64,000 nucleotides of DNA from an uncultured Solirubrobacterales bacterium (GTDB lineage: Bacteria; Actinomycetota; Thermoleophilia; Solirubrobacterales; 70-9): NCBI GenBank assembly GCA_963715455.1, contig OY970245.1:2066110-2130109 (forward strand). The letters are read 5' to 3'. Shown here piece by piece: positions 29,641 to 64,000 of the stretch. Made by a program: the position numbers and the translations under genes. A model generated the notes under the pieces. The model was given only the letters and a program-made list of their open reading frames with translations. It ran no database searches and had not been told where the DNA came from. Every line of letters starts with the position of its first letter. The first letter of the stretch is position 1.

Positions 29641-32600
29641 GAGGAGCTGTGGCGCACGGCGACCTTGGCGTCGCGTACCTCGCCCGCCACTTGATCGACG
29701 AGGTGGGCGGCCAGCGCTGCGCAGGAGGGGTAGTCGAAGACAACCGTGGCCGGCAGCTGCAGGCCGGTGGCGCCAACCAGCCGGTTGCGCAGCTCGACCG
29801 CGGCCAGCGAGTCGAAGCCGAGGTCGCGAAAGGCCTTGTCGGGCTCCACCTCCGCGGTGGTCGCATGGCCGAGCACCGCGGCGACGTGGCCGCGGACGAG
29901 CTCCAGGACGACCGCCCCGCGCTCCTCCTCAGGCACGCCGGCGAGCCGCTTAGCGAGCGAGCCGCGTTGGCTCTCGGCCGGCAGGCTGACCAGCCCGGAG
30001 AGCACCGCGGGCAGGGTTCCCGAAGCGGCCTTGGAGCGCAGCACGGCGCTGTCCAGGGCGCTCGGCACGAGCAGCGCGTCGGGCATGCCGAGCGCCGCAT
30101 CGAGCAACGCCAGCCCCTGCTCGGGCGGCATCGGCACGAGGCCGAGGCGCTGACGCACCTGCTCGACGACGCGCTTCAGCTCGGCCCCACCCCGCTCGGC
30201 CTCGATCATCCCGCTGAGCTGTGCCCAGCCCCCCCAGGCCAGCGAGACACCCGGAAGGCCAGCGGCCTGGCGGTGGGCGGCGAGCGCGTCGAGGAAGCTA
30301 TTGGCCGCCGCGTAGTTGCCCTGCGCGGCGCCGCCGAGGATGCCCATGATCGAGGAGAAGAGGACGAAAGCGGAAAGCTCCGCCCCCGCCGTGAGCTCGT
30401 GCAGGTTCCAGGCAGCGGTTGCCTTGGGGTCCATCGTCCGCGCCAGGCGCTCCGCGTCGAGCGACTCCACGACTCCGTCGTCGAGCACCCCGGCGCAGTG
30501 AAAGACAGCCCCCAGCGGGTGCTCAGCGGGGATCGTCGCCAACAGCCGCTCGAGCTGAACGCGATCGGCGACGTCGCAGCCGGCGACCCTCGCTTCGGCG
30601 CCCAGCCCCTCGAGGTCGCTGAGCAGCCCTGCGACACCGTCCGCGTCGGCGCCCCTGCGGCTGACCAGCAGCAGGTGGAGAGCGCCGTGGGCCTCGGCGA
30701 GGTGGCGGGCGACGAGCGACCCGAGCGACCCGGTGGCGCCGGTCACCAGGACGGTGCGCTCCGGGTCGAGGGCTTTGGAGACTCCCTCCGCAACCCGAGC
30801 GCGGGCCAGGCGGGGAGCCAGCAGCTGGCCCTCGCGCAGGGCCAGCTGGGGCTCTTCCCCAGCGTTCGCCAGGGTCTCGGGCAGGACGGCTTCTGAGGCC
30901 TCCGAGCCATCGGTATCGATTACGACGAGGCGCCCGGGGTGCTCGGACTGGGCCGAGCGCAGCAGCCCCCAGATCGGCGCCGCACCGAGATCGGGGTCCT
31001 CGCCGGGAGCGGCCGCCACCGCCCCCGCGGTGAGCACACAAAGGCACGACTCCTCGGCCTGCTCCTCGGCGAGCCAGGCCTTGAGCCGCTCGAGCACAGT
31101 CGCGGTGCGCGCCAGGGCCGCCGCTGGGACGCTGTCCTCCCCCTCGGCGACGCGGCAATCGAGGACCTCCGGTGGCCGCACCCCCGCCGAGTCCGCGTCA
31201 CTTGCCCGCGGCGGGGCGGGCACCCACTCAAGGCGGTGCAGAGGCAGGTTGCGGCGGGCCACGGCCCGCAGGACGGCCGGGTCGACCGGTCGCATGACGA
31301 TCGACTCGATCGAGGCGACCGGGCGACCGGCAGTGTCGAAGGCGAGCAGGCCGGTGCCCTGCTCGCCCGTGGAGAGACGCACGCGCAGCGTCGTCGCGCC
31401 CCGAGCATGGAGGCTCATGCCGCGCCAGGCGAAGGGCACGGCAGCGCTCTCCCCAGCCCCGGCCTGGGCGCCGAACAGGGTGTCGATGGCGGCGTGCCCG
31501 GCCGCGTCGAGCAGCGCCGGGTGCAGACCGAAGCGCTGCGCCTCGCCTGCCTCGGCTTCGGGCAGCGTCACCTCGGCGAAGATCTCCTCTCCCTGCCGCC
31601 AGGCCGCGGTCAGCGCCTGGAAGGCGGGCCCGTACTCGAAGCCGGCGGCGGCGAGCCGCTCGTAGGCGCCCGTCACGTCGAGGGCTTCGGCCCCGGCCGG
31701 CGGCCACTCGCCGAGCTCCTCGGGCGGTTCGACAGCCTCGGCCTCGATCGTGCCCTGCGCGTGGCAGGTCCACTCCGCCGCCTCGCCCTCTCCGACCTCG
31801 GGGCGGGAGTGGATCGAGACCGCCCGGCGACCATCCTCGTCGGGCGCCGTGAGCGCGACCTGCAGCTGCACGGCCTCGCCCTCAGCGAGCACGAGCGGCG
31901 CCTGCAGGGTCAGCTCGGCGAGCGTGCGCGCCCCCACCTGCTCAGCGGCGCGCAGAGCCAACTCGACGAAGGCGGTTCCCGGCAGGAGGACCGTCCCCGC
32001 CAGGGCGTGGTCGGCGAGCCACGGGTGCGCGGCCAGCGAGAGGCGGCCGGCGAAGACCGGGCCGTCGCCCTCGGGCTGCTCGAGCACGGCGCTGAGCAGC
32101 GCGTGACCCGGATCACCGAGGCCGACCGAGCGGGCGTCGGCACCGCCAGGCGCCGAGGAGAGCCAGTAGCGCTTGCGCTCGAAGGGATAGGTGGGCAGTG
32201 ACGCTCGGCGCCCGCCACTGCCCTCGAGCAGCGCCGGCCAGGCGACCGGCGCACCGGCTGCGTACGCCTCAGCGAGCGAGAGGAGGAAGCGCCCCAGGCC
32301 GCCTTCGTCGCGGCGCAGGCTGCCGACGATTCGCGCCCCGTCCGGCTTCTCGGTGGCCGTCTCGATCGTCTCGCCGACGGCGAGGGCGAAAACCGGGTGA
32401 GGGCTGACCTCGACCAATAGGCCGTGGCCCTGGGCAAGCAGCTCCCTGGTCACCGCTTCGAAGCGCACGGGCTGGCGCAGGTTGCGGTACCAGTACTCCG
32501 CTCCGAGCTGCGCGGTGTCGAGCGACTCGCCGGTCACCGTGGAGACGAAACGGGTCTCGCCCGAGCGCGGCGAGATCGGCGCCAGCGCCTCGAGCAGCTC

Positions 32601-34931
32601 TTCGCGCAGCGGCTCGACGCGGGCCGAGTGCGAGGGGATGGTCGCCGGCACCTCGCGCGCCCGCAGCTCGTCTTCCTCGCAGCCAGCGAGGAACTCTTCG
32701 ACCGCCTCGCGGTCGGCGGAGAGGATGGTCGAGGACGGCCCGTTGCGAGCCGCCACCTCGATGCGCCCCTGCCACGCCGCGATGCGTGCCTCGGCCTGCT
32801 CAGCGGGAAGCGCCACCGAGACCATCGCCCCGCTGCCGGCCAGCTTGGCGATGATGCGGCTGCGCACCGCGGCGAGCCGGGCAGCATCGTCGAGCGAGAG
32901 CCCACCGGCGACGTGGGCGGCGGCGATCTCGCCCTGCGAGTGCCCAGCGACCGCGGCCGGCCTCACACCGCAGGCCCGCCAGAGCTCGGCCAGCGCCACA
33001 CAGACGGCGAAGAGCACCGGCTGGACGACCTCGATCCGCTCGAGCGAAGGGGCGCCCTCGGCCCCGCGCAGCACGTCGCACACCGAGAAGCCGGTGTAGG
33101 GCGCGAGCGCCTCGTCGCACTCGCCGAGCCGCTCGGCGAAGGCAGGTGAGACCCGGGCCAACTCGGCCCCCATGCCCGGCCACTGCGAGCCTTGACCGGG
33201 GAAGAGAAAGGCGACCTTGGCGTCGTGCGCCCGGCCGCGCACCGCCTTGGGCGGCAACTCACCGGCCCGCAGAGCCTCGAGGTCGCCGACCAGCCGCTCG
33301 CGATCCCCGCCCAGCAGGACCGCGCGGTGCTCGAAGGCCGCGCGGCCCGTGGCCAGCGAGCAGGCAGCGTCGCGCGGCTCGAGCCCAGCCTCGCCATGGA
33401 GTCGTGCCGCGAGCCGTCCGGCAACCTCGCCCAGGGCGGACTCGCTCTTCGCCGACAAGCAGAGCGGTACCGGCGCCGGCTCGGCGACCCAATCGATCAG
33501 TGGCGGCGCCTCTCCCGCCCGCTCGACCGGTGCTCCCTCCGCGGGCGGTGCCGGGGCCTCCTCGAGCACCATATGAGCATTGGTGCCGGTTGCCCCAAAG
33601 GAGGAGACGGCGGCGCGGCGCGGCACCCCGTTTGCCTCCCAGGGGCATGCCTCGCGCAGCAGCTCGACCTTGCCCGAGCGCCAATCGATCTTCGTCGAGG
33701 GCTGCTCGACGTGCAGCGTCTTGGGCAGCGTGCCCTCGCGCAGTGCCAACACCATCTTGATCACCCCGGCGACCCCGGCTGCCGCCTGGGCGTGACCGAT
33801 ATTTGACTTGAGCGAGCCCAGCAAGAGCGGCCGCTCGCGCTCCTGGCCGTAGGTGGCAAGCAGCGCACCGGCCTCGATCGGGTCGCCGAGCGCCGTACCC
33901 GTGCCGTGCGCCTCGACCGCGTCGACATCGGCCGGCTGCAGCCCGGCGCTTGCTAGAGCGCTGCGGATCAGCTTTTCCTGGGCGGGGCCGTTGGGCGCCG
34001 TGAGCCCGTTCGAGGCCCCGTCCTGGTTGATCGCGCTGCCGCGGATCGTGGCCAGCACGGGGTGGCCGTTGCGCTGCGCGTCCGAGAGCCGCTCGAGCAC
34101 CAGCACACCGACCCCCTCCGAGAAGCCGGCGCCGTCGGCGGCATCGCTGAACGACTTGCAGCGCGCGTCGCGAGCGACACCGCGCTGCCGGCTGAACTGG
34201 GTGAAGATCCCCGGCGTGGAGAGCGTCGTCACGCCGCCGGCCAGGGCCAGCGAGCAGTCGCCTGCCCGCAGCGCCCGCGCCGCCAGGTGCATCGCCACCA
34301 GCGAGGAGGAGCAGGCGGTGTCGACGGTCATTGCCGGGCCCTCGAGGCCGAACGCGTAAGAGACGCGGCCGCTGACCGGGCTGGCCGAGCCCCCGGTTGG
34401 CAGGAAGTCGCCCAGCTCCGGTGAGCTGGCCCGCCGATCCCAGCCGTAGTCGTGGTACATCACCCCGGCGAAGACCCCGGCGTCGACGCCGCGCAGCGAG
34501 GCCGGGTCGATGGCGGCGTCCTCGAGCGCCTCCCAGGTGGCTTCCAGCAGCAACCGCTCCTGGGGATCCATGACCAGCGCCTCGCGCGGGCTGATCCCGA
34601 AGAAGCCCGGGTCGAACTCGCCGGCGTCGTAGAGGAAGCCGCCTTCACGCACGTAGGTCGTCCCGGGCCGATCGGGATCGGGGTCGTAGATGCGCTCCAG
34701 GTCCCAGCCGCGATCGGTAGGGAACTCGGAGATCGCGTCGGTCTCCGCGGCCAGCAGCTCCCAGAGCTGTGCCGGCGAGTCGGCCCCGCCCGGGTAGCGA
34801 CAGGCCATGCCGACGATCGCGATCGGCTCGCTGGCGGCCTCGGTCAGGCGGCGGTTCTGCTGGCGCAGGCGCTCGCTTTCCTTGAGCGCCGCACGCAGCG
34901 CCTCGGCCACCTGCTCGGGAGAAGTCTTCAC
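24183..34931 (-). CDS. type I PKS, two modules: KS-AT(atypical)-DH-KR-ACP and KS-AT(malonyl type)-DH-KR-ACP
   Basis: It is 3582 aa, and its GTG start overlaps the upstream stop. The N-terminal docking sequence is of a different type ([24 protein letters not shown]). There are two complete sets of KS, AT, DH, KR and ACP motifs. The C-terminal tail is [16 protein letters not shown]. Confidence 0.96.
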   Translation of the reverse strand: MKTSPEQVAEALRAALKESERLRQQNRRLTEAASEPIAIVGMACRYPGGADSPAQLWELLAAETDAISEFPTDRGWDLERIYDPDPDRPGTTYVREGGFLYDAGEFDPGFFGISPREALVMDPQERLLLEATWEALEDAAIDPASLRGVDAGVFAGVMYHDYGWDRRASSPELGDFLPTGGSASPVSGRVSYAFGLEGPAMTVDTACSSSLVAMHLAARALRAGDCSLALAGGVTTLSTPGIFTQFSRQRGVARDARCKSFSDAADGAGFSEGVGVLVLERLSDAQRNGHPVLATIRGSAINQDGASNGLTAPNGPAQEKLIRSALASAGLQPADVDAVEAHGTGTALGDPIEAGALLATYGQERERPLLLGSLKSNIGHAQAAAGVAGVIKMVLALREGTLPKTLHVEQPSTKIDWRSGKVELLREACPWEANGVPRRAAVSSFGATGTNAHMVLEEAPAPPAEGAPVERAGEAPPLIDWVAEPAPVPLCLSAKSESALGEVAGRLAARLHGEAGLEPRDAACSLATGRAAFEHRAVLLGGDRERLVGDLEALRAGELPPKAVRGRAHDAKVAFLFPGQGSQWPGMGAELARVSPAFAERLGECDEALAPYTGFSVCDVLRGAEGAPSLERIEVVQPVLFAVCVALAELWRACGVRPAAVAGHSQGEIAAAHVAGGLSLDDAARLAAVRSRIIAKLAGSGAMVSVALPAEQAEARIAAWQGRIEVAARNGPSSTILSADREAVEEFLAGCEEDELRAREVPATIPSHSARVEPLREELLEALAPISPRSGETRFVSTVTGESLDTAQLGAEYWYRNLRQPVRFEAVTRELLAQGHGLLVEVSPHPVFALAVGETIETATEKPDGARIVGSLRRDEGGLGRFLLSLAEAYAAGAPVAWPALLEGSGGRRASLPTYPFERKRYWLSSAPGGADARSVGLGDPGHALLSAVLEQPEGDGPVFAGRLSLAAHPWLADHALAGTVLLPGTAFVELALRAAEQVGARTLAELTLQAPLVLAEGEAVQLQVALTAPDEDGRRAVSIHSRPEVGEGEAAEWTCHAQGTIEAEAVEPPEELGEWPPAGAEALDVTGAYERLAAAGFEYGPAFQALTAAWRQGEEIFAEVTLPEAEAGEAQRFGLHPALLDAAGHAAIDTLFGAQAGAGESAAVPFAWRGMSLHARGATTLRVRLSTGEQGTGLLAFDTAGRPVASIESIVMRPVDPAVLRAVARRNLPLHRLEWVPAPPRASDADSAGVRPPEVLDCRVAEGEDSVPAAALARTATVLERLKAWLAEEQAEESCLCVLTAGAVAAAPGEDPDLGAAPIWGLLRSAQSEHPGRLVVIDTDGSEASEAVLPETLANAGEEPQLALREGQLLAPRLARARVAEGVSKALDPERTVLVTGATGSLGSLVARHLAEAHGALHLLLVSRRGADADGVAGLLSDLEGLGAEARVAGCDVADRVQLERLLATIPAEHPLGAVFHCAGVLDDGVVESLDAERLARTMDPKATAAWNLHELTAGAELSAFVLFSSIMGILGGAAQGNYAAANSFLDALAAHRQAAGLPGVSLAWGGWAQLSGMIEAERGGAELKRVVEQVRQRLGLVPMPPEQGLALLDAALGMPDALLVPSALDSAVLRSKAASGTLPAVLSGLVSLPAESQRGSLAKRLAGVPEEERGAVVLELVRGHVAAVLGHATTAEVEPDKAFRDLGFDSLAAVELRNRLVGATGLQLPATVVFDYPSCAALAAHLVDQVAGEVRDAKVAVRHSSSAEPIAIVGMACRFPGGADSPAALWELVARGEDAIAAFPEDRGWDLDRLFDPDPDRLGSSYAREGGFVYDAPRFDPSFFGISPREALGMDPQERALLETCWEALEDGGLDPRALQGSSAGVFAGVMYQDYGVADYGAGMTSSGVSGRVSYTFGFEGPAITVDTACSSSLVAIHLAAQALRGGECEVALAGGVTVLSTPGIFAFFSRQRALAPDGRCKPFAEAADGTGIGEGSGVVLLERLSDAERHGHPVLATIRGSAVNQDGASNGFSAPNGPSQERVIRQALANAGLAPGEVDLVEAHGTGTMLGDPIEAGALLGTYGQEREAPLRLGSVKSNIGHAQAAAGVAGVIKTVLAMREGVMPKTLHVDSPSTKVEWQRGQVELLAEEQPWSANGRPRRAGVSSFGASGTNAHLILEAAAPALPVSEEPPPEAAGPVPLVLSARSEPALREAAARLGAELDADPELAPLDLAYSLATTRPSFEQRAVVIGERREELLAGLDSIAGGELGANTVQGVALGSAKLAYLFSGQGCQRLGMGRELYESSPTYTEVFDAACEALDPHLDLPLKEVVFGDDAERLDDTTYAQPALFAVELALYRSLEGRGLTPDLLCGHSIGELTAAHLAGVFSLEHAAKLVAARGKLMGALPKGGAMVAIGAAEQEVAAAIADRESEVSIAAINGPGSVVISGEGEAVEEIAAQLSENGAKTKRLAVSHAFHSPLIEPMLDEFRKVASSISCGEPQIPVVSNLSGELLSAEQAADPEYWVSHVRAPVRFMDGVKALAEQGATAYLELGPDPVLTPMAQECLDSEKASFAPTLRQAEAEAGSLTAALATAHAAGAKLDWEAFFAGRGAARVPLPTYPFQRQRYWLSAAELGGDLSAAGLADAAHPLLAAAIESPASEECTLSGRISLQTHPWLADHAVFDTVLLPGTALLELALRAGVEVGCELLEELTLQAPLVLPERGGVQVQVGVSGADEAGRREVTIHSRPQSGADGEGPGEWTQHAMGLLAPFEAGADPRLQGLATSAWPPPEAEPLEVEQLYERLAERGIEYGPAFQCVKAAWRRGEEAFAELSLPEEQSEQAGRFGLHPALLDAAGHVAVDLAIAAEGGDPDTLALPFAWHGVRLAANGSAALRVRFDLSAEGGGLVAVDAGGSPVISVDAVTLQPVERSQLQALARDRRSLYRLEWQPPVQRLAAAPPEGLAVLGEAALPGLAEAELHVDLAALLAAIEAGAPAPELVIAAMRPAAGRDALAACHANLAAVLALAQAWIAAAELAESQLVLLTEGAVAARGDEDPDLGTAALWGLLRSAQSEHPGRFALIDDDGSEASAAALAKALAAVAEEPQIALRDGELLAPRLARASSDPEAAAGPAFDPEATVLISGGTSGLGALFARHLVAEHGVRHLLLVSRSGAAAADAGELQAELQELGAAVEIAACDVADRAQLAELFDSIPAERPLGAVLHSAGVLDDGMLESLDRERLERVLAPKADAAWNLHELTAERQLSHFLLFSSFAGVLGAPGQANYAAANSFLDALAAHRQARGLPATSLAWGGWALESGMVSGAEAELDRAIQQVRARLGLIPMSPSQGLDLFEAAGELDESLLVPAQLDGAALHARARAGTLPAILRGIVRVPRDAQVERGSLVKLLAGVPEAERETVTLDLIRGHIAAVLGHESGAEVDPERPFQELGFDSLAAVELRNRLGAATGMRLAPTLVFDYPTAAALAGYLVGEVAPDSASAARQLQEAELREAIAGLEGMLASVKADAEARERVSARLRSLLVELGGVEPGDEAPVEGLEAMSHEEMFELIDQEFGGDEAR
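27045..28205 (-). repeat. AT cassette copy 1 (module C2), near-identical to 37662-38827
   Basis: I aligned the two copies by eye at a constant offset of 10622 nt across most of the segment. The run 27323-27534 is identical, base for base, to 37945-38156 (212 nt). Elsewhere there are only scattered mismatches. A short divergent patch at about 27140-27235 includes a 6-nt indel. Confidence 0.85.
29641..34931 (-). other. PKS module C1: KS-AT(GHSQGE / IPSH)-DH-KR(LDD)-ACP
   Basis: The borders were taken from the EPIAIVGM motifs (the next KS begins at about 29640). AT motifs are at 32928-32945 and 32625-32639. Confidence 0.85.
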
Positions 34932-37900
34932 TGCTCCACCCCCACCTCGGGCTCGCCGGCCTGCGAGGAGAGCGAGCGCCGCACGAGATCGTCGAGATCC
35001 ATCGCGTCGATCTCCTCGATCGCGCCCTCCTCCGCGCTGACCGTGGCGCCATCGCCGTCGACCAGCTCCATCAGGGGCTCCAGCAGGCCGGCCTCGCGCA
35101 GCCGCGAGAGCGGCAGCCGCGCCAGCTCGGCACGGAAGATGTCCTCGGCGGACTGCGCGGTCGCGCCTGGATCGACGGCGGCGAGCAACTGACTGGCAAG
35201 CGCCGTCGTCGTCGGGTAGTCGAAGACCAGGGTCGGCGGCAGCTCGAGCCCGCTGGCCGCGACGAGGCGGTTGCGCAGCTCGACCGCGGCGAGCGAGTCG
35301 AAGCCGAGGTCTTTGAAGGCCCGGTCCCGGTCGATCTCGGCCGGGGAGGAATAGCCGAGCACCGCGGCGACGTGGCCGCGGACCAGCTCCAGGACGAACG
35401 CCTCGCGCTCCTCCTCGGCCACACCGGCAAGCCGCTCGGCAAGCGATCCGCGCTCAGCCTCGGCGCTGGGCATCCGCACCAAGCCGCTGAGCAGCGGCGC
35501 CAGGGTGCCGGCGTTGGCCTGAGCGCGCAGGGCGGCGGCATCGAGCGCCACGGGGGCGAGCAGCGGGTCGGGCAGGGTGAAGGCGGCGTCGAGCAGCGCC
35601 AAGCCCTGCTCGGGAGCGATCGGCCGGAAGCCGAGGCGCAGGCGAACCTGCTCGGCGAGGCGCTCCAGCTCGCCGCCAGCACCGGCTTCGACCGTCTCGC
35701 CCAGCAGGCCCCACAGCCCCCAGGCGAGCGAGGTGCCGGGCAGGCCGCTGGCCTGACGCTGCGCAGCGAGCGCGTCGAGGAAGGCGTTGGCCGCCGCGTA
35801 GTTGGCCTGCGCCGCGCCACCGAGCAGACCGGCCGCCGAGGAGAAGAGGACGAAGTGGGAGAGCTCGGCCCGGGTGGTCAGCTCGTGCAGGTGCCAGGCC
35901 GCATCGGCCTTGGGTCGCATCGTCCGTGCGAGGCGCTCCGCGTCGAGTGACTCGAGCACGCCGTCGTCGAGCACGCCGGCGCAGTGGAAGACGGCGCCGA
36001 GCGGGTGCTCAGCGGGGATCGCGGTGAGCAGCTCCTCGACCGCGGCACGCTCGGCGACATCGCAGGCAGCGATCGTCACGCCGGCGCCCAGCTCCTCCAG
36101 GGTGGCCCGCAGCTCGACCGCAGCGGGCGCCTCCTCCCCGCGGCGACTGACGAGCAAGAGCTGGCGGGCGCCGTGGGCCTCGACCAGGTGGCGGGCGACA
36201 AGCGAGCCGAGGGCGCCGCTGGCGCCGGTGATCAGCACGGTGCGCTGCGGGTCGAGCGGCACGGACTCACCGCCGGCCGGCGCGCGGACGAGACGCGGAG
36301 CCAGCAGCCGACCCTCGCGCAGGGCGAGCTGCGGCTCTCCGGCAACGCCGCCGAGGATCTCTTGGAGCACTGCCTGGGAGGCTTCGGATCCATCGCTGTC
36401 GACCAGCGCGAGGCGCCCGGGGTGCTCGGACTGAGCCGAGCGCACCAACCCCCAGATCGGCGCCGCGCCGAGGTCCGGGTCCTCGCCGGCGCCGGCGGCC
36501 ACCGCGCCCGCGGTGAGCACACAGAGGCGCGACCCCGCGGTCCCCGCATCGGCGAGCCAGGCCTTGATCTCATCGAGGACCGCCGCGGCCCGTGCCTGCG
36601 CCGCCGCTGCGACGTCGTCCTCTCGATCGGCGACCCGGCAGTCGAGCAGCGTGAGCTCGGTTGGCTCGCCATCGGGGGCCGTCCCGCTGTGCAGCTCGAC
36701 CGGCGCCCACTCGACCCGGTGCAGGGGCAGGCTGTGGCGCGCCGCGGCCTGCAGCATGGCCGGGTCGAGCGCTCGCGAGACGACCGAATCGACCGCGGCA
36801 ACCGGCTTGCCCGCCGTGTCGAAAGCAACCAGCCCACCCCCCTCCCCTTCGAGGTCGATGCTGATCCGCACCGAGGCGGCGCCCGGCACGATCGCCCGGG
36901 CGCCGTGCCAGGCGAACGGCACCTTCGGGGCCTCGGCGGCCCCGCCTGCGGCAGCCGCCTGCATGGCCCGGTCGAGGGCCGCGTGGCCGGTCGCGTCGAA
37001 GAGCGCCGGGTGGATCGCGAAGCGCTGCGCGGCCGCGGCATCCTCGTCGGCCAGCGAGACCTCGGCGTGGATCGCGTCGCCCTGCTGCCAGGCAGCGGTC
37101 AGGCAGCGGAAGGCCGGCCCGTACTCGAAGCCGGCGTCGGCGAGCCGCTCGTAGAGGTCCTCGACCGGGAGCGGCTCGGCACCCTCGGGCGGCCAGGAGC
37201 CGAGCGGCTGCGGCTGCTCCAAGACCTCTGCAGCAAGCACGCCGGCAGCGATCGGTCGCCAGTCCTCGCTCACGCCGGGCTGCCCACCGGCGGCATCCTC
37301 GCGAGCGTGGATCGCGATCTCACGGCAGCCCCGGCCGTCGGCCGGGGCAACACCGACGTGCAGCTGCACAGCTCCCTGCTCTGGGATGACCAGCGGCGCC
37401 TGCAGGGTGAGCTCCTCGACGGTCGGTGCAGCTGCCGCCGCACCGGCCCGCAGGGCAAGCTCGAGCAGCGCCGTGCCGGGCAGCAGCACGGTGCCGGCGA
37501 TCGCGTGATCGGCCAGCCACGGCTCGGCGGCAAGCGAGAGGCGGCCGGTGAGCACCAGGCTGCCATCGCGCGGGTCCTCGATCACGGCGCTGAGCAGCGG
37601 GTGGTTGGCGCCGGCCTGGCCGATGGCGCTCGGATCGCCCGCGCTTGGCGACGGGTCGATCCAGTAGCGCTGGCGCTGGAAGGGATAGGTGGGCAGCGGC
37701 ACGCGAGCGGCGCCGCGACCCGCGAAGAAGGCCTCCCAGTCGAGCTTGGCCCCGGCGGCGTGGGCAGTAGCGAGCGAGAGCGAGAGCGTCTGGGACTCGT
37801 CGCGCTCCCCACGCAGGGCAGGCGCGAAGGCGAGGTCGACAGCGGTGTCGCTCAAGCACTCCTGGGCCATCGGGATCAGCACCGGGTCCGGGCCGAGCTC

Positions 37901-40367
37901 GAGATAGACATTGGCCCCCTGCTCGGCGAGCGCCTTGACGCCATCCATGAAGCGCACCGGCGCTCGCACGTGGGAGACCCAGTACTCGGGGTCGGCGGCC
38001 TGCTCGGCGCTGAGCAGCTCGCCGCTGAGGTTGGAGACGACGGGGATCTGCGGCTCGCCGCAGGAGATCGAGCTGGCCACCTTGCGGAACTCGTCGAGCA
38101 TCGGCTCGATCAGAGGCGAGTGGAAGGCGTGGGAGACGGCGAGGCGCTTGGTCTTGCGGCCCTGCTCGGTGAACTGGGCGGCGACTTGCTCGATCGCTGC
38201 CTCCTCACCGGAGATGACAACGGAGCTGGGGCCGTTGATCGCCGCGATCGAGACTTCGCTCTCTCGGTCGGCAATTGCCGCGGTCACCTCCTGCTCGGTG
38301 GCCCCGATGGCGACCATCGCCCCGCCCTTGGGCAGCGCCCCCATCAGCTTGCCCCGGGCGGCGACCAGCTTGGCGGCGTCCTCCAAGGAGAAGACCCCAG
38401 CCAGATGAGCCGCGGTCAGCTCGCCGATCGAGTGGCCACAGAGCAGGTCCGGCGTGAGGCCCCGACCCTCCAAGGAGCGGTAGAGGGCCAGCTCGACCGC
38501 GAAGAGCGCCGGCTGGGCGTAGGTGGTGTCGTCGAGGCGCTCGGCGTCATCGCCGAAGACGACTTCCTTCAGCGGCAGGTCGAGGTGTGGGTCGAGCGCC
38601 TCGCAGGCGGCGTCGAAGGCCTCGGTGTAGGTGGCATTGCTCTCGTAGAGCTCCCTGCCCATACCGAGGCGCTGGGAGCCCTGGCCAGAGAAGAGATAGG
38701 CGAGCTTGGCGCTGCCGAGCGCCACGCCTTGCACGGCGTTTGCGGCCGGCTCGCCCCCAGCGATGGAGTCGAGCCCGGCGAGCAGCTCCTCGCGGCGCTC
38801 GCCGATGACCACGGCGCGGCGCTCGAAGGCCGAGCGGGTCGTGGCCAGCGAGTAAGCCACGTCGACGAGGTCCAGCTCGGGGTGCTCGCGCAGGTGGGTG
38901 GCGAGGCGGGCGGCCTGCTCAGCCAGCGCCTCGCTCGATTTGGCCGAGAGGGTGAGGAGGAGCGGGCCGGCTGGCGCCTTGGCGTCGACGGCATCCACCG
39001 GCTCGATCTCGGGTGCCTCCTCCAGGATCAGGTGGGCGTTGGTGCCGCTGATGCCGAAGGAGGAGACGCCGGCGCGGCGCGGCGCGGCGCTCGCCTGCCA
39101 GGGTTGGGATTCGGTGAGCAGCTCGACCGAGCCCGACTCCCAATCGGCGTGCGAGGTCGGCGCGTCGACGTGCAATGTCTTGGGCAGCACCCCTGCGCGC
39201 ATCGCCATCACGGTCTTGATCACGCCGCCCACTCCGGCAGCCGCCTGGGTGTGACCGATGTTCGACTTGAGCGAGCCCAGCTTCAGCGGGCGCTCCCTGT
39301 CCTGGCCATAGGTGGCGAGCAGCGCCCCCGCCTCGATCGGGTCCCCCAGCATCGTGCCGGTGCCGTGCGCCTCGACCGCGTCGACGTCGGCCGGCGCCAA
39401 GCGGGCGTTGGCCAGCGCCTGACGGATCACCCGCTCCTGCGAGGGACCGTTTGGCGAGGCGAGCCCGTTGGAGGCGCCGTCCTGGTTGACCGCCGTGCCG
39501 CGGATGGTCGCCAGCACCGGATGGCCGTTCGCCTGCGCATCGGAGAGCCGCTCGAGCGCCAGCATGCCCACCCCCTCTGCCCAGGCGACGCCGTCGGCCG
39601 CCTCGGCGAAGGACTTGCAACGTCCGTCGGGGGCGAGCCCCCGCTGGCGGCTCAGCTCGGTGAAGGCCCCGGGCAGCGAGAGCACGGTCACCCCGCCGGC
39701 CAGGGCCAGCGAGCACTCGCCGCTGCGCAGCGCCTGGGCAGCGAGGTGGGTGGCGACCAGCGAGGAAGAGCAGGCCGTGTCCAGGGTGACGGCAGGCCCC
39801 TCGAGCCCCAGCGAGTAGGCAACGCGGCCGGAGGCGACGCTGCCCGCCAAGCCGGTGGCGAAATAGCCCTCGAGCTCCTCGGCACCCTGCTGGGTGCGGG
39901 TCGCGTAGTCGTGGTACATGACCCCCGCGAAGACGCCGACCGGCTCCCCCTGCAGCGAGAGCGGCGCCAGCCCGGCGCGCTCCAGCGCCTCCCAGGAGGC
40001 TTCCAGCAGCAGCCGCTGCTGGGGGTCGGTGGCCAGCGCCTCGCGCGGGCCGATGCCGAAGAAGCCTGCGTCGAAGCTCGCCGGGTCATCGAGGAACCCG
40101 CCGCGGCGGGCGTAAGAGGTGCCCGGTGCGTCGGGGTCGGGGTCGTAGAGCCCCTCCAGGTCCCAGCCGCGGTCGGCCGGAAAGTCCGCGGTCCCGTCAC
40201 GCCCCTCGGCAACCAGCTGCCAGAGCTGCTCGGGGGTGGCCACCCCGCCCGGGTAGCGACAGGCCATGCCGACGATCGCGATCGGCTCGTGGCGCAAGGC
40301 GTGCTGGCGCTTGCGCTCCTCGGCCAGCTCGATCGTCACCCGCTTCAGGTAGTCGCGCAGCTGGGCC

Positions 40368-40378
<11 letters not shown>
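34928..40378 (-). CDS. type I PKS, one module: KS-AT(malonyl type)-DH-KR-ACP
   Basis: I place the start at ATG 40378 ([18 protein letters not shown]), which overlaps the upstream gene's stop (40368-40370) by 11 nt. The tracked start at 40453 lies inside the upstream gene. Motifs: KS, AT (GHSIGE...VSHAFHS), DH ([27 protein letters not shown]), KR (LDD, YAAANA) and ACP. The C-terminal tail is [16 protein letters not shown]. Confidence 0.95.
37662..38827 (-). repeat. AT cassette copy 2 (single-module gene B), near-identical to 27045-28205
   Basis: See the partner copy. The off-frame plus-strand ORF translations in the supplied track (27289.. and 37911..) are also almost identical, which independently shows DNA-level identity. 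Confidence 0.85.

Positions 40379-64000
<23,622 letters not shown>

Overview
This is a very GC-rich, strongly GC3-biased window that looks actinobacterial. All calls rest on reading the six-frame translations and the DNA by eye; no database search was possible. Domain and module borders are approximate (about +/-50 nt).

**Positions 1-13.2 kb** hold a conserved housekeeping neighbourhood and a few small accessory genes.
- The core is tig-clpP...clpX, with an M23-like peptidase gene and a GNAT gene lying between clpP and clpX.
- Next come a membrane-fused spermidine-synthase-like gene, a CtaG-like cytochrome oxidase assembly gene and a GH15 glycoside hydrolase.
- The accessory genes are an ArsR-type regulator plus a small winged-helix protein, an orphan STAS protein, a secreted Cys-rich RTX-like repeat protein, and a secreted beta-helix-like repeat protein that runs off the left edge. 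That last ORF is missing from the supplied ORF track.

**Positions 13.2-64 kb**, all on the minus strand, are one uninterrupted operon-like block.
- It contains five modular type I polyketide synthase genes with nine modules visible.
- The block ends in a module with a dead DH remnant, no KR and a thioesterase.
- A start/stop-overlapped SAM methyltransferase and an alpha/beta-hydrolase follow.
- The first PKS gene runs off the right edge, so the assembly line is incomplete in this window.

**Main points of interest**
- The predicted chemistry is a branched saturated segment, then five enoyl units, then an unreduced beta-keto end.
- There is heavy internal recombination: a tandem triplicated 6.1 kb module and a near-identical 1.16 kb AT cassette shared by two genes.
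- The AT, ER and DH fingerprints include non-canonical variants.
- Several AT-rich perfect palindromes sit in intergenic DNA.

No rRNA, tRNA, CRISPR array, transposase or integrase was recognised.
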